Positions 18,084 to 27,948 are shown, counted from the first letter of the stretch. The stretch: DNA of 63,081 nt from a virus (IMGVR_UViG_3300024187_000008:1-63081), one strand, 5' to 3'. Notes: generated by a model not told the origin, from the sequence alone. Numbers and translations are program-made.

Positions 18084-19046
18084 TTAGCTGCGGAAGGGAT
18101 CGAACTCGCCGTTGCGCCAGAGCGGCGGCTGCATCGGCCACATCTCGTACTGGGACTTGATGCACTCCTCGGCGTCGGACTCGCTGTTCGGCTGGTCGTC
18201 GTTCTGCTCGGCCTGCTTCATCGAGTCGAGGACGCTGGAGCGGTAGCCCGCCGGGTCGTCCTGCGCCCGCTTCGCTTCGAGGAGCAGCGAGCGGCAGTAG
18301 TCGAGGAACTTGTACAGGACCTCGTCCGGCATGTCGATGTTGGTGCCATCCACCGTGAACCGGCGGAAGTACCGGAGGCGGAGCGTGTCGTTCTGCGCCG
18401 GCACCTTGTCGAACTTCAGGCGGGTGTCACCGAAGTTCTGGGTGAGCGGCGAGTACGGGTTGTAGGTCGTGAACTCGCTCGGCGTACCCTGGAGCGTGTC
18501 ATCGGGCTGGAGCCGGTCCCAGTACTCGGGGGTGCGCCACGCCATCGTCACCGGGTTGGTGAGCAGGCGGGCGGTAGCCGAGGCGTTGTAGTCGTTCGGG
18601 AGCGCGTAGTCGTTCGAGCCAGCGATCACGGGGATGTCGGCGCTGAACGTCAAGGTCGCGCTGGAGTTGGTCGTGCCACCGAAGGCGTTCGAGAGCGTGA
18701 TCGCGGTGACCACGCCACTCGTGTTCCGGGTGACCGAGGAGACCGTGGTGTCGGCCGCCAGGGTCGCCGTGCCGGTGGAGATCGTGACCGTCTGGCCCAC
18801 GTTCACGAAGTCGAACGCGCCAGTCGAGGGAGCAGTGACCGAGGCGCTGGCCCCGGTCGCCGTGATCCCCGACACGGCCGTCGCGATGCTCGTGTCCTTG
18901 AGCAGGAAGCGCCAGAACCGCTGCGCCTGCCAGTCCTGGTACCCTCGCAGGATCGCCTCGGCGGCCATGTCGATGACCTCCTGGTTCTGCGCGCCACCCA
19001 GGACACGGGCGACGTAGATTTTGGCGTTGACGAGGGTCATGCTCAT
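18084..19046 (-). CDS. Head-tail adaptor/tubular protein A-like
   Basis: Helical N-terminus with W.FL, G..DYALP.DY and G.P motifs; position between head genes and nozzle. Confidence 0.65.
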   Translation of the reverse strand: MSMTLVNAKIYVARVLGGAQNQEVIDMAAEAILRGYQDWQAQRFWRFLLKDTSIATAVSGITATGASASVTAPSTGAFDFVNVGQTVTISTGTATLAADTTVSSVTRNTSGVVTAITLSNAFGGTTNSSATLTFSADIPVIAGSNDYALPNDYNASATARLLTNPVTMAWRTPEYWDRLQPDDTLQGTPSEFTTYNPYSPLTQNFGDTRLKFDKVPAQNDTLRLRYFRRFTVDGTNIDMPDEVLYKFLDYCRSLLLEAKRAQDDPAGYRSSVLDSMKQAEQNDDQPNSESDAEECIKSQYEMWPMQPPLWRNGEFDPFRS

Positions 19047-19049
19047 GGG

Positions 19050-20339
19050 CTACCTCTTGATGGGCGAAGCGATCTTCTTGATCTCCTCGATCGTCGCCTT
19101 CTTGATGACGGGGTTGCCGAGTTCACGGCGCTGACGCGCGCGGACCTCGACGTAGAAGTCGAAGAGCCCCGGGATGGTCGCCTTCGGCGTCCGGTTCTCC
19201 ATGACCCAGGTCTTTGCTCCCTCGGCGAGTTTCTTGCGCAGAGGGGCGTTCTCGATGAGGATGCCGAGCTTCTCGGCGAACTCCTCGGGGGTGCTGAAGG
19301 TGAGGCCCGTCTCGCCATCCACGATCTCGGCGTAGGGCGCCGACTTCGAGGCGAGCGTGACTTCGGGCTCCTCCCACAACACTGACTCGTACCACTTGAT
19401 CCCGGACTTGCAGGCCGAGAAGACGTTGTTCACGAGCGGGCACAGGTTGATGTCGATGTTCAGGAGGCCGCGCTTCAGCTTGTAGGCGTCGTACTTGACC
19501 CACGGGTGGTGCTCGACCATGTCGTCGGGGATGTTCTCATGAATCCAGTTGAACCACTCGCCGAAGATGACCCAGGTGATCTGGTCCCGGTACTTCTCCG
19601 AGAGCGCCTTGAGCGCGTGGCGGAGCGGGTACCAGTCGATCCAGTGGGACATGCCACCCTGCCAAAGGATGCGGACCTTCTTGTCCGTGCGGACGGCGCG
19701 AATCTTCTCGTAGTGCTCGGGGACGATCGTGTTCGGGAACACGTACACGTCCTTCACGCCGATCACGCTCTTCATGTAGCGCGCGAGCGTGGGCGAGGCG
19801 ACGGTGACGCCGTGGCAGGTGCGGATGATCTCGTGCCGGACCTTCATCTGGTGGAGGTTGCGGGCCACGTCGAAGGTGATCTCGCCGTACTTGGTCACGC
19901 CATCGCGCCAGCCGGCGATTCCCTTGCCGGTCGAGTCCGTGATGTCCAGGCCCTCGCCGGGCTCCAGGAGCCGGGCATCGGGGTAGCCGCGCACGCCCAT
20001 GTGGGCGAACGAGGTGTTGAACGGGTGCACGAAGTCGTTGTTGTCGTCGATGTCGTAGATCAGGGCGGGCGGGTAGACTTCCTGCCCGTTGCGGATGCCG
20101 GGAGGCATCTTGCGGAGCCGGCGCATCTGGCGCAGGGGAGCCTCGCCGCCGATCGCGTAGTGGTGTGCGATGTCGGAGTAGGAGCGCGCGATCGCGCTGG
20201 TCTCAGAACCGTCGCCCTTGTCCTCGAAGATGTTGGCGAAGTTCATCTTGTCGAGCGACAGCATCGGCACTTCGATGCGGTAGTAGGAGCAGGCGCTCCG
20301 CTCGGCGAAGTTGGTGGTCCAAACGTAGAAGTCAGCCAC
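19050..20339 (-). CDS. GT-B fold glycosyltransferase (GT4-like) embedded in the virion module
   Basis: C.YYRI..P, LIYDIDD, VTVAS..L, VFPN, I.WQGG.SH..D, DINLCPL..N.F..CKS.IKWYE, Y...I.DGETGL. Confidence 0.85.
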   Translation of the reverse strand: MADFYVWTTNFAERSACSYYRIEVPMLSLDKMNFANIFEDKGDGSETSAIARSYSDIAHHYAIGGEAPLRQMRRLRKMPPGIRNGQEVYPPALIYDIDDNNDFVHPFNTSFAHMGVRGYPDARLLEPGEGLDITDSTGKGIAGWRDGVTKYGEITFDVARNLHQMKVRHEIIRTCHGVTVASPTLARYMKSVIGVKDVYVFPNTIVPEHYEKIRAVRTDKKVRILWQGGMSHWIDWYPLRHALKALSEKYRDQITWVIFGEWFNWIHENIPDDMVEHHPWVKYDAYKLKRGLLNIDINLCPLVNNVFSACKSGIKWYESVLWEEPEVTLASKSAPYAEIVDGETGLTFSTPEEFAEKLGILIENAPLRKKLAEGAKTWVMENRTPKATIPGLFDFYVEVRARQRRELGNPVIKKATIEEIKKIASPIKR

Positions 20340-20352
20340 GGTGTGGCTCCTT

Positions 20353-20784
20353 TCAGTGGAGTTGTATCTTGCCGCGCATGTCGCACGGGATGCCCTGAGC
20401 TTCCAGGTACGAGATGATGGCGAAGAAGAAGTCCTTGTTCAGTTTGAGGCAGCCGAGCTTGTGGTCGGTCTTGTACAGGAGGCCGTCGTCCATGAGGGCG
20501 CCCGTGTCGTCGGTCTTGGCAAACATCGCGAGGATCATCAGCCAGACTTCGTTGTCGATGTTCGCGACGTGCTGGAACGTCCGCGTGGGATCGAACCCAT
20601 TCTTGCGGCAGTACGCCCCGAGGGCGCTCATCGAGTCTTCCATGTTGCGGAACTCGACGCGGTTCTCGGCAGCCACGCGCAACTTCGGCAACGCCTCCTG
20701 GGCGGTCTTGACGACTTCGCCCAAGAGGTTCAGTTGCCCCTTGTTCGCCGCCTTGATGCGGTTGATCTTGATGTCAGCGGACAT
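20353..20784 (-). CDS. Hypothetical protein (head module)
   Basis: Clear ORF with AGGAAA RBS. Confidence 0.65.
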   Translation of the reverse strand: MSADIKINRIKAANKGQLNLLGEVVKTAQEALPKLRVAAENRVEFRNMEDSMSALGAYCRKNGFDPTRTFQHVANIDNEVWLMILAMFAKTDDTGALMDDGLLYKTDHKLGCLKLNKDFFFAIISYLEAQGIPCDMRGKIQLH

Positions 20785-20801
20785 GGTTTCCTTTCTGTGG
20801 G

Positions 20802-21017
20802 CTAGCCCTTCTGACCAGCACCACGGTGACCCTTGCGGCCGACTCCGGCCACCTTGGTCAGGTTCGGATTCGCAGCCTTCGCCTTCGCGGAGGCATGCTG
20901 TGCAGCAGAAGCGATCGCCGCTGCCGGGTTACGAGCACCGCTCGCAGCCTCGGCCGCCGCAAAGCCCATGCCCTTGTGCTCGGCAGGGCGTGACGCGGGG
21001 TTGTGACGCTTGCTCAT
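20802..21017 (-). CDS. Small basic protein with KRxNP N-terminus
   Basis: MSKRHNPAS...; tightly packed with neighbours. Confidence 0.6.
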   Translation of the reverse strand: MSKRHNPASRPAEHKGMGFAAAEAASGARNPAAAIASAAQHASAKAKAANPNLTKVAGVGRKGHRGAGQKG

Positions 21018-21019
21018 GG

Positions 21020-21268
21020 TTACTTCTCCGACTTCATCGCGCGGTGAAGCCTCTCGATGTGAGCGCGGGCTGCCTTGGCGTCTTCATCCTCGGCCGGAAC
21101 CATCGACTTGGGTAGGAGCTTGTCGCCCCGTCCGCCGATGGGCTTCCGAATCTTGCTGCCGAGGGTGTAGAGCGCGTCGTGCATCTCGCTCATCATCTTC
21201 TCGTGCTTGTCCTCGTCCATCGGCATGCCGATGTCACGGGCAACAGTGGGATTGGAACGCTTCGCCAT
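21020..21268 (-). CDS. Small protein with KRxNP N-terminus
   Basis: MAKRSNPTVA...; GGAGAG RBS. Confidence 0.6.
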   Translation of the reverse strand: MAKRSNPTVARDIGMPMDEDKHEKMMSEMHDALYTLGSKIRKPIGGRGDKLLPKSMVPAEDEDAKAARAHIERLHRAMKSEK

Positions 21269-21269
21269 G

Positions 21270-21470
21270 TTACATCTCTCCTGCGTACCCGCCGACGCGA
21301 ATCTTGGGGGCGGGCCGCTTGTTGGCCTTGGCCGCCCGTCGAACCGCTTCGAGGGAAGAGTCGGAGTAACCCTTGTCCTTGACGTAGGCGTTCGCCGCGT
21401 CATCGGCAATCTTGGCGTTCTCCTTGTCCTCGCGAGCGGCTGCGGGGTTCCCTCGCTTGCTGGCTGCCAT
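21270..21470 (-). CDS. Small basic protein with KRxNP N-terminus
   Basis: MAASKRGNPAAA... Confidence 0.55.
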   Translation of the reverse strand: MAASKRGNPAAAREDKENAKIADDAANAYVKDKGYSDSSLEAVRRAAKANKRPAPKIRVGGYAGEM

Positions 21471-21472
21471 GA

Positions 21473-21748
21473 CTAGCAGCCGGGCATCGCCGGCCAGGGA
21501 TTCGCGCCACCCGACTTGTCCGGGTTGCGTCCATCCACGCCGTTGGCGAATGAGGGGGTGGGTACATCCTTCTGGTCGCCGTCGTTGGGAGAGAAGCTCT
21601 GGGTGCCGGCAACCGCGCCGTGTCCGGGCATCTCTTCCGCCTGCGCCATCGCCTTCATGTTGACACCGATCGGGTTCGGCAGGTTGTCGATGCCGTCGAT
21701 CGGGCCGGGCGCCGGGGCGACCTTGCTCATCGTGGGATTCTTCCGCAT
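21473..21748 (-). CDS. Small Pro/Gly-rich protein
   Basis: MRKNPTMSK...; GAGG RBS. Confidence 0.55.
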   Translation of the reverse strand: MRKNPTMSKVAPAPGPIDGIDNLPNPIGVNMKAMAQAEEMPGHGAVAGTQSFSPNDGDQKDVPTPSFANGVDGRNPDKSGGANPWPAMPGC

Positions 21749-21770
21749 GGGTACCTCTGAAGACCAGAGT

Positions 21771-21797
21771 GGGGAGGTCCACCGAAGTGGACCCCCC
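21771..21797 (-). terminator. Strong cUUCGg hairpin just downstream of the capsid gene (weak terminator or mRNA stabiliser)
   Basis: Minus strand GGGGGGTCCAC-TTCG-GTGGACCTCCCC; no clear U tract. Confidence 0.55.
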
Positions 21798-21813
21798 GCC
21801 CAGGTTAGTCGTA

Positions 21814-22830
21814 CTACGTGACGCTCGACTTGTTGTTGACGTACTTGATGATGCCGTCGGCCTTCTCCGCGAGAACTTCCAGAGTGACCTCGCCCACCAC
21901 CAGTCCGGCAACGGAGTCGCCGCGCTTGCCGACCAGTTCGTGCTGAACCGGACGCAGCCACGCGAGACGGTTGATCGCGCGCGACAGGAAGAACATCTGA
22001 CCACCGGTCGCGGTCGCCGAGGCGGTCGCGGTCACGGTGTTGGTGCTCTCCGGCACCCAACGGTCGAGGACGATCTGGATCAGACCGAAGTCCGAGTCGT
22101 AGAAGTCGATCGCACCGATGAGCTTCTTGTCCACCGCCGCGATGTTCTTGGCGTAGACGTTACCAGCCGCAGCGCCGGGGACGGCGAACGCGCTGATCTG
22201 ACGCTTGACCTTCGGCGACACATAGACCTGCTCGGGATTGCCACCCGCCGAGTAGATCGTGTTCAGCATGTCGTTGAAGTCGCCGACGCTCAACTGGCCG
22301 TCGTGCGTGGAGTCGCCCGCCGTGCCGGCGTTGTTGCCAGCCGCAGCGGTATTCGTGGTCACGAACGCCTGGAGGCCCTTCATGACGCGCGCGGTGCCGG
22401 AAGCACCGGTAGCGGTCGTGAGTGCACCGAAGACGCAACGCTCCAGCTTGATCGCCAGTTCCTTCGTGGCCTTCTGGACCTCGTAGGCGTACTGGTCGGC
22501 GAAGCCGGCGGTGTCCACCGCACGCTGCGACATCGAGAGACCAACGTCCTTGCGGAGGATCATGGTCACGTTGAAGATGCGCGACGGGGCGGTCGTGGTG
22601 TCCAGCGACCAGTCGGCGCCTTCCACGGCACCGGACAGGTCCGGCGTGGAGAGCGTATCGACCAACCACTGGTGGTAGATGTGGCGGCAGCCGACCTTCG
22701 GAGCCTGCGACACGAACGGCGTGTCATACGGAGAGATATTGGTAATCTGCTCCAGCAGGTCTTCCTTGGCGACTCCCGACTTCAGGTCCGAGCCGTCGAA
22801 GGCGTAGGAACCGAAGTTGAAGGTAGTCAT
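21814..22830 (-). CDS. Major capsid protein (SU10/DUF5309-like HK97 fold)
   Basis: EDL...ITNISP.DTPF, H.W..D.L, EGAD, N.T.I..K, YE..K...EL...LE, M.GL, Y.SDFG, K.GDS..G..VGE.TLE. Confidence 0.9.
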   Translation of the reverse strand: MTTFNFGSYAFDGSDLKSGVAKEDLLEQITNISPYDTPFVSQAPKVGCRHIYHQWLVDTLSTPDLSGAVEGADWSLDTTTAPSRIFNVTMILRKDVGLSMSQRAVDTAGFADQYAYEVQKATKELAIKLERCVFGALTTATGASGTARVMKGLQAFVTTNTAAAGNNAGTAGDSTHDGQLSVGDFNDMLNTIYSAGGNPEQVYVSPKVKRQISAFAVPGAAAGNVYAKNIAAVDKKLIGAIDFYDSDFGLIQIVLDRWVPESTNTVTATASATATGGQMFFLSRAINRLAWLRPVQHELVGKRGDSVAGLVVGEVTLEVLAEKADGIIKYVNNKSSVT

Positions 22831-22889
22831 GGTGAGTACCTCGCCCCTTCAGGGGCGTTGTGGGTTGTAGACGTGTCCTTTCTGGGGTC

Positions 22890-24104
22890 CTACTGGACCC
22901 CGAAGATGGACGGATCGAGGGTGCGGCCGATGACCAGATGACGGAAGCGCATCGCAGCCGGGGAACCCGGTGCATCGCCTTCCATCCGCATCTGAGCCTG
23001 CAACGCCGCGATCTCGGAGGGTGAAGCTCCGGCCGCGTCGGTGCGCTCGTGGATGCCCTGACCACCAGCCGAGCCGTGGATGACGCCCGCGTCGATGCGG
23101 GCCTTCTCCACAAGCTCTTGACGAACTTGCCCCTTGGCCGCCAGATCGGCCTCCTTCAACTGCGCCTGCGCGACTTCCTTCACGGCAGCGCCGGTGCTAA
23201 CGGCGCGCTCGTAGGACTCCCAGGCGAGTTCGGAGGCTTCGATGAGGTTCCCCTGCGCCACGAGGGCGCTGACCGCTTTCTGGAGCAGTGGGTTGGACTG
23301 GATGTGCAGTCCAATCTCGTCGGAGTGCTTCAGCGACTCGGGGTGGTTGGCCTCCATGTAGGAGTCCACCGCGAGCCACTTGTTGCGCTCCGCCTTCTCG
23401 GCGCTCTCGCGCTCGAAGAGGTTCTCCTGCACTCTTACGTCGGCCGCATGCTCCGCCACTTCGCGTGTGATGGAGTTGACTTTCCGAAGAGTCTCCGCAT
23501 CGACAACGTCACCGTTGGCTTCCACGTTCGACAGCACCTCGTCGAGACGGGTCTGCGCCTGCTTGAGGGCCGCTCGCGAAGCGGTCAACGTGGCAGGCGG
23601 AGCAGCGGGAGCCGCCGCCGGGGAGGCGACGGGCTGAGGGCGAGCTTGGACGCTCTCGGAGCCGATGGTTTCGAGACGTTTGATCGCCTCGTCCCGCTCC
23701 TTGAACGACTGCTTCGCCATGGTTGCGAGGTGGCCCATCCCCTGAAACGCAGCGGCAACCGTCTTGTACTTCCCGGCGATGAGGCCGTTGCTGTCACGCA
23801 ACGACTCCAGGTCGGCGACGAGTTGCTCGTACGACGGGGCGTCCGCCTTGGCCGGGGCGACGGCTGCGGGCGCGGGACTCGCGGCACCGGGGGCGGGTGG
23901 TCCGCCAGCGGGCGCGGCCTGCGCGGCAGGTGCCGGGGCCGGTGCTCCCTCGGTCGAAGCGGGTTGTCCGCTGTAGTCCGGGGGCGGTGGCGTACCATGA
24001 GTCCAACCGATTTTCGTCATCGGTTCGATCACTTCTTTCGCCACCAGTGTTCTGGCGAGCAGAGCGGTTAGCTCTTGCTCGGCCTTGTTCTTGCCCATAC
24101 TCAT
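22890..24104 (-). CDS. Probable capsid scaffolding protein
   Basis: Pro/Ala-rich low-complexity segments plus coiled coil, AGKYKT motif, immediately upstream of the MCP. Confidence 0.7.
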   Translation of the reverse strand: MSMGKNKAEQELTALLARTLVAKEVIEPMTKIGWTHGTPPPPDYSGQPASTEGAPAPAPAAQAAPAGGPPAPGAASPAPAAVAPAKADAPSYEQLVADLESLRDSNGLIAGKYKTVAAAFQGMGHLATMAKQSFKERDEAIKRLETIGSESVQARPQPVASPAAAPAAPPATLTASRAALKQAQTRLDEVLSNVEANGDVVDAETLRKVNSITREVAEHAADVRVQENLFERESAEKAERNKWLAVDSYMEANHPESLKHSDEIGLHIQSNPLLQKAVSALVAQGNLIEASELAWESYERAVSTGAAVKEVAQAQLKEADLAAKGQVRQELVEKARIDAGVIHGSAGGQGIHERTDAAGASPSEIAALQAQMRMEGDAPGSPAAMRFRHLVIGRTLDPSIFGVQ

Positions 24105-24475
24105 GTTCTCTCCTTTGCCGAGGTCGTCTCGGGCTTGGATCGAAGATACCGGGCAGCACGATCCAGTAGATTAGGATCGTCGTGGAAGCACCCGAGTGCG
24201 TTGTTGCACCGGGTGCAGAGTAGACCACGAACGTGCCCGGTAGAGTGGTCGTGGTCAACAGCAAGTCGCCGGCTAGCCGGCTCAACTCCGCCACAGAGGG
24301 CACAACAGTTACCCTGTTGACGGAGCCGTTGTTCGTATTCTTCGATACTCATACCGAAGTTTCGCCGGAGCAGAAATCTTCGGGACAGGAGCTTGACCCG
24401 GCATTTCTCCGAGCAACTCCTTTGATGTGATCGGTACGGGCTGAACTGGTGCCCACATTCCCGACACTGTCGCAT
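24101..24475 (-). CDS. Endonuclease VII-type HNH homing endonuclease
   Basis: CxxC..CS..C zinc finger, then Q...CALC..LAVDHDH.TG.VRGLLC..CN..LG; visibly lower GC than its flanks. Confidence 0.88.
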   Translation of the reverse strand: MRQCRECGHQFSPYRSHQRSCSEKCRVKLLSRRFLLRRNFGMSIEEYEQRLRQQGNCCALCGGVEPASRRLAVDHDHSTGHVRGLLCTRCNNALGCFHDDPNLLDRAARYLRSKPETTSAKERT

Positions 24476-24476
24476 G

Positions 24477-24680
24477 TTACTTTCTCCTCTTTCTGGTACC
24501 TTCGAGGGGATTACGCCGATCACCGCCACTGACATAGTGGCCGCCGTGTTCGGCTTCGTTCTGCTTCTCCGAGATTTCGATCGCGACCGCTTGCTTCGGG
24601 TTGGTCACGACCGGGCCGTGTGGGCCGCCACTGTGCAGCTTACCCTTCTTGAACTTCTTGAAGACCTCGCTGGCAGGCAT
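24477..24680 (-). CDS. DUF6496-like small protein
   Basis: FKKGKLHSG..G.VVTNPKQAVAI..SE. Confidence 0.7.
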   Translation of the reverse strand: MPASEVFKKFKKGKLHSGGPHGPVVTNPKQAVAIEISEKQNEAEHGGHYVSGGDRRNPLEGTRKRRK

Positions 24681-24683
24681 GGG

Positions 24684-24872
24684 TTACTCGGACGAAATGA
24701 GGTTGGGGTTGCGGGCCTTGATGCGCTGCGCGGTCGCGCGACGGCGCTTCGCGAGGGCATCGAGGTCGGACTTGACGCCGGAGGTGCCCGCCATGCCGGC
24801 CATCGCTTCGGTGGAAGCGGCAGCACGTTCGGCGAGGGCGACAGCCGGGTTGGGACGTTTGGTGACGCTCAT
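24684..24872 (-). CDS. Small basic protein with KRxNP N-terminus
   Basis: MSVTKRPNPAVA... Confidence 0.6.
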   Translation of the reverse strand: MSVTKRPNPAVALAERAAASTEAMAGMAGTSGVKSDLDALAKRRRATAQRIKARNPNLISSE

Positions 24873-25291
24873 CAGAAGTCCTCCGCAGGGTCATAAGCTG
24901 CGGGTTCGGCGCGCTGATCGAGGCCCACGACGGGCTTCATGTCACCGCGCTGACGGCGAATCTCGTAGAGCATGTCGCTGGTCATGTTCTCCATGGCGCC
25001 ATGCATCCGCTCCATCCGCGTCTCGGATATGATCTGGTCGAAGAACTTCATCAGCCCTTCGCCGAAGACGATCCCACCCGCGAGGAACTCGTCCGGGAAC
25101 TCGTCCTTCCGCGCTTGCGAACGGTCGAGCCACAGCCGGTTCAACTGGGCCAGGATGCCCATCATGTACGGCCTGAACTGGTCCCCGTACGCTGGCGAGT
25201 TGAGCACGAACTCGATGTTGCCGAGTTGCTGCTCGTCCAGCTTCCTGATGTCGAAGAACTTACTGAAGCTCGACGCAACAGTTGGGTCCAT
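24872..25291 (-). CDS. Hypothetical protein downstream of the portal
   Basis: Clear ORF, helical. Confidence 0.65.
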   Translation of the reverse strand: MDPTVASSFSKFFDIRKLDEQQLGNIEFVLNSPAYGDQFRPYMMGILAQLNRLWLDRSQARKDEFPDEFLAGGIVFGEGLMKFFDQIISETRMERMHGAMENMTSDMLYEIRRQRGDMKPVVGLDQRAEPAAYDPAEDF

Positions 25292-25306
25292 GGGGTACCG
25301 CCTTTC

Positions 25307-27259
25307 TTACGCTGCCGCGAGGCGGCTCTGGAGGTCGGGCGGAGCCATGAGTGACTGGGCGCTGCCCTGCGAGCCCGGAAGGCCCGACAGGACGCTGGCA
25401 CCGCCGTTGACGATCTGACCAGAGGTCGGGATGCCGGCCAGCCCTCGGCCCTGCATCATCTGCTGAAGCTCCGGCGACTGCATGAACTGCTGGAGCATCG
25501 GGTTGGTCGTGAAGATTTCGTTGATGTTGGGGACCTCGAACACGCGGAACATGCCACGGAAGAAGTTCACCGCGTTGATCTGGCCCATGAGCGACTGCCC
25601 GAGGGGCGACGAGAGGGCCTGGAGCAGCGACAGAAGGTTCTGCTGCTGCATCTGCTTGCTGAGGCCCATCGAGGCACCGAGCGCCCGGGCCACGTAACTC
25701 GGGTGCATGTCGGCCGCGCTGAGGATTTCGCGCGAGGAGGGGATCGGCTGGTTCGTGACCGGGTCGATCGTCGCACCGTCGCCGAGGATCATCACCTCGA
25801 CAGGCGGCGTGAGGAACTGCTTCGACAGGGCCGAGAACATGTTGCCGATCGCTTCGAGGAAGTTCTCCTCGTAGAGGCGGGACTCCAGCATCAGGCGCGT
25901 CCCGGCTGCCTCGCGGCGGCCGATGAACTCGCGGGCCGTCTGGCGGCTGTCGCCACCGAGGCCCTGCACGGCGTCGTCCACGATGCCGGTGCCCATCTGG
26001 AGGAAGTCTCGAATCTGCGCGATCTTGTTGTCGGCGATCGTGAGGCCGGCCATGATCGGCTGCATCGGCGCGATCACGTTGTTGGGGTTCCCGTTCACAC
26101 CGACGAGTCGGCCCGGGCGCGCGTAGAAGTTGCGCGACACGAGACCGCTTCCACGGTCGTAGAACCACATCGGGTCGATCATCAGGTCAGCCGCATCGAG
26201 CGACTGGTTGATGTACCGGTTGCCGACGATCTGGAGCTTCTCGACGACTTCGGCCTTGCCGGGAGCGTAGAAGTAGTGCGGGTCCGGGGTTGGCGAGAAG
26301 GCGACGAAGGGGAGCATCCCGTGGTTGTACGGGTTCGGCTTGTTCCGCATCAGGTAGCGGCGGTTCGCGACGGTGACGACGCGCTGGAGCACGCCATCGG
26401 GCGAAAGCTCCGAGGGAACATCACCCCAGAACTCCAGCATCTCGATGGGCCGCGAGTACTTGTTCATGAAGCGCGCGGTCTCGTCGTCCATCCCGGTGCG
26501 GGCCTGGAAGCGACGGACGCTCATCATGAGTTCGCCGGTCGTGGCGCCGACCGAGCCGTCCCGTTCGAGGCGGGCGAGTTCGGCCTTGTCGAAGGAGCCG
26601 ATCGAGACGAGGTAGCGGAGATCGTCGAGGTCGAGGAAGTACCGGCGCACGACCCACTTCATGTCGCGGAGGCGAGCCACGCAGGGCTGCGGCAGGAAGT
26701 CGAGAAGGTCGAGTAGGATCGTCTCGGGACCGTCGAAGGAGACCACGTTGGCCTTCTTCAGGTAGCGGACCATCTCGCCGGAGATGGGCATCCTGTCGAT
26801 CTGTTCGAGGATGCGCATCTTCTCGACGCGCTTCCAGCCCACCTGCATCACGGCCACGCCGTAGAGGTCGGCCATGAGGAGGGCGTCCACCTGCTTCGAG
26901 AAGGCGTTGTCGTCCTTCCACTGGGCCGCGTTGAGGGCTTCCTGCTTGCGCGCGATCGCCGCGTCCTCGGGACCGTAGCCCATGAAGTTGAGGATCGGGT
27001 AGGTCGAGAGCGAGGAGGCTGCCTTGCGGGCCGCGTCCGCCCAACAGGCGGAGAAGATCAGGGGGATGTGGACGTTGTTCTTGTGCGGGTGGAAGCGCCC
27101 GTTCCAGGTGCCGCGCCACAGGTCATAGAGACGGGGCCACTTCTGCCGGATACCAGAGAACTGGCGTTCGGAGTAGGCCGCACACTCGACGACCATGTTG
27201 CACATCTGCTCGCGGTATGCGTAGCCAGCGGCAGCACGCTCGATTACCATGGAGATCAT
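25307..27259 (-). CDS. Portal protein (P22/SU10-like)
   Basis: 650 aa; NPY.HG..PF, YAPG, TG, R.TA.E motif and Gln-rich C-terminus; lies between terminase and scaffold/MCP. Confidence 0.88.
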   Translation of the reverse strand: MISMVIERAAAGYAYREQMCNMVVECAAYSERQFSGIRQKWPRLYDLWRGTWNGRFHPHKNNVHIPLIFSACWADAARKAASSLSTYPILNFMGYGPEDAAIARKQEALNAAQWKDDNAFSKQVDALLMADLYGVAVMQVGWKRVEKMRILEQIDRMPISGEMVRYLKKANVVSFDGPETILLDLLDFLPQPCVARLRDMKWVVRRYFLDLDDLRYLVSIGSFDKAELARLERDGSVGATTGELMMSVRRFQARTGMDDETARFMNKYSRPIEMLEFWGDVPSELSPDGVLQRVVTVANRRYLMRNKPNPYNHGMLPFVAFSPTPDPHYFYAPGKAEVVEKLQIVGNRYINQSLDAADLMIDPMWFYDRGSGLVSRNFYARPGRLVGVNGNPNNVIAPMQPIMAGLTIADNKIAQIRDFLQMGTGIVDDAVQGLGGDSRQTAREFIGRREAAGTRLMLESRLYEENFLEAIGNMFSALSKQFLTPPVEVMILGDGATIDPVTNQPIPSSREILSAADMHPSYVARALGASMGLSKQMQQQNLLSLLQALSSPLGQSLMGQINAVNFFRGMFRVFEVPNINEIFTTNPMLQQFMQSPELQQMMQGRGLAGIPTSGQIVNGGASVLSGLPGSQGSAQSLMAPPDLQSRLAAA

Positions 27260-27840
27260 GAGAGACCCTCGATCGGGAGCGAGATGAACTGCCCCCGCAA
27301 ACCGATTAGACCGCCATCGGCGATCAGCTTGTTGTACAGATCGTGCGTGAGGTGAACATCGTCCGCGCAGTAGTTCATGAGCCGACCCCAGTGTCCCTTG
27401 CGGGCAAGCTCCTTGGCGTTGTCGCCGTGGTCGATCTTGCCGCGCCCGAGGTTCTTCTTGGAGATCGTGTCGAGGGTGAAGTCACCCTTCTGGCCGGTGA
27501 TCCCTCGGCGGGCGTACTCTTGGACGAGTAGTCGGTAGATGTCGATGTGCCTGCGGATGCGGAGCCGGCGGTGAGTCAGGCCCTCGATGCAGGGGAGGTC
27601 GAATCGTTCCGAGTTGTAGCCGACGACGATGTCAGCGGCTTCGAGGTGCCGGGCGGCGTTCTCGATCGTGTGGTCGTCGTACAGGTAGAGCCACATGTCC
27701 CGGGTGTCGTAGAGGGCGATCGCGGAGGCGCCCCCCTTACCGCTGCGGAGGTCCTCCCAACCAGCCTCTTCGTCGTCCGGTCGCAGGTCCTTGGCCCAGA
27801 GACGAGTCTCCAGGTCGAAGAAGATGATGCGCGGGGCCAT
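27256..27840 (-). CDS. RNase H-like/DEDDy exonuclease (YprB-like)
   Basis: FFDLET, VVGYN..RFD, L.NYC..DV.LT..LY. Confidence 0.8.
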   Translation of the reverse strand: MAPRIIFFDLETRLWAKDLRPDDEEAGWEDLRSGKGGASAIALYDTRDMWLYLYDDHTIENAARHLEAADIVVGYNSERFDLPCIEGLTHRRLRIRRHIDIYRLLVQEYARRGITGQKGDFTLDTISKKNLGRGKIDHGDNAKELARKGHWGRLMNYCADDVHLTHDLYNKLIADGGLIGLRGQFISLPIEGLS

Positions 27841-27948
27841 ATGGCCGCCTTTCTGAAAGGTGAAGATGCGTGAGGGAACCCGCAACGGCCCCACCGGTAG
27901 CGAACCGGCCCCGACCCTAGCTAGTGGGTTCAGGCCCACGCGCCATCG

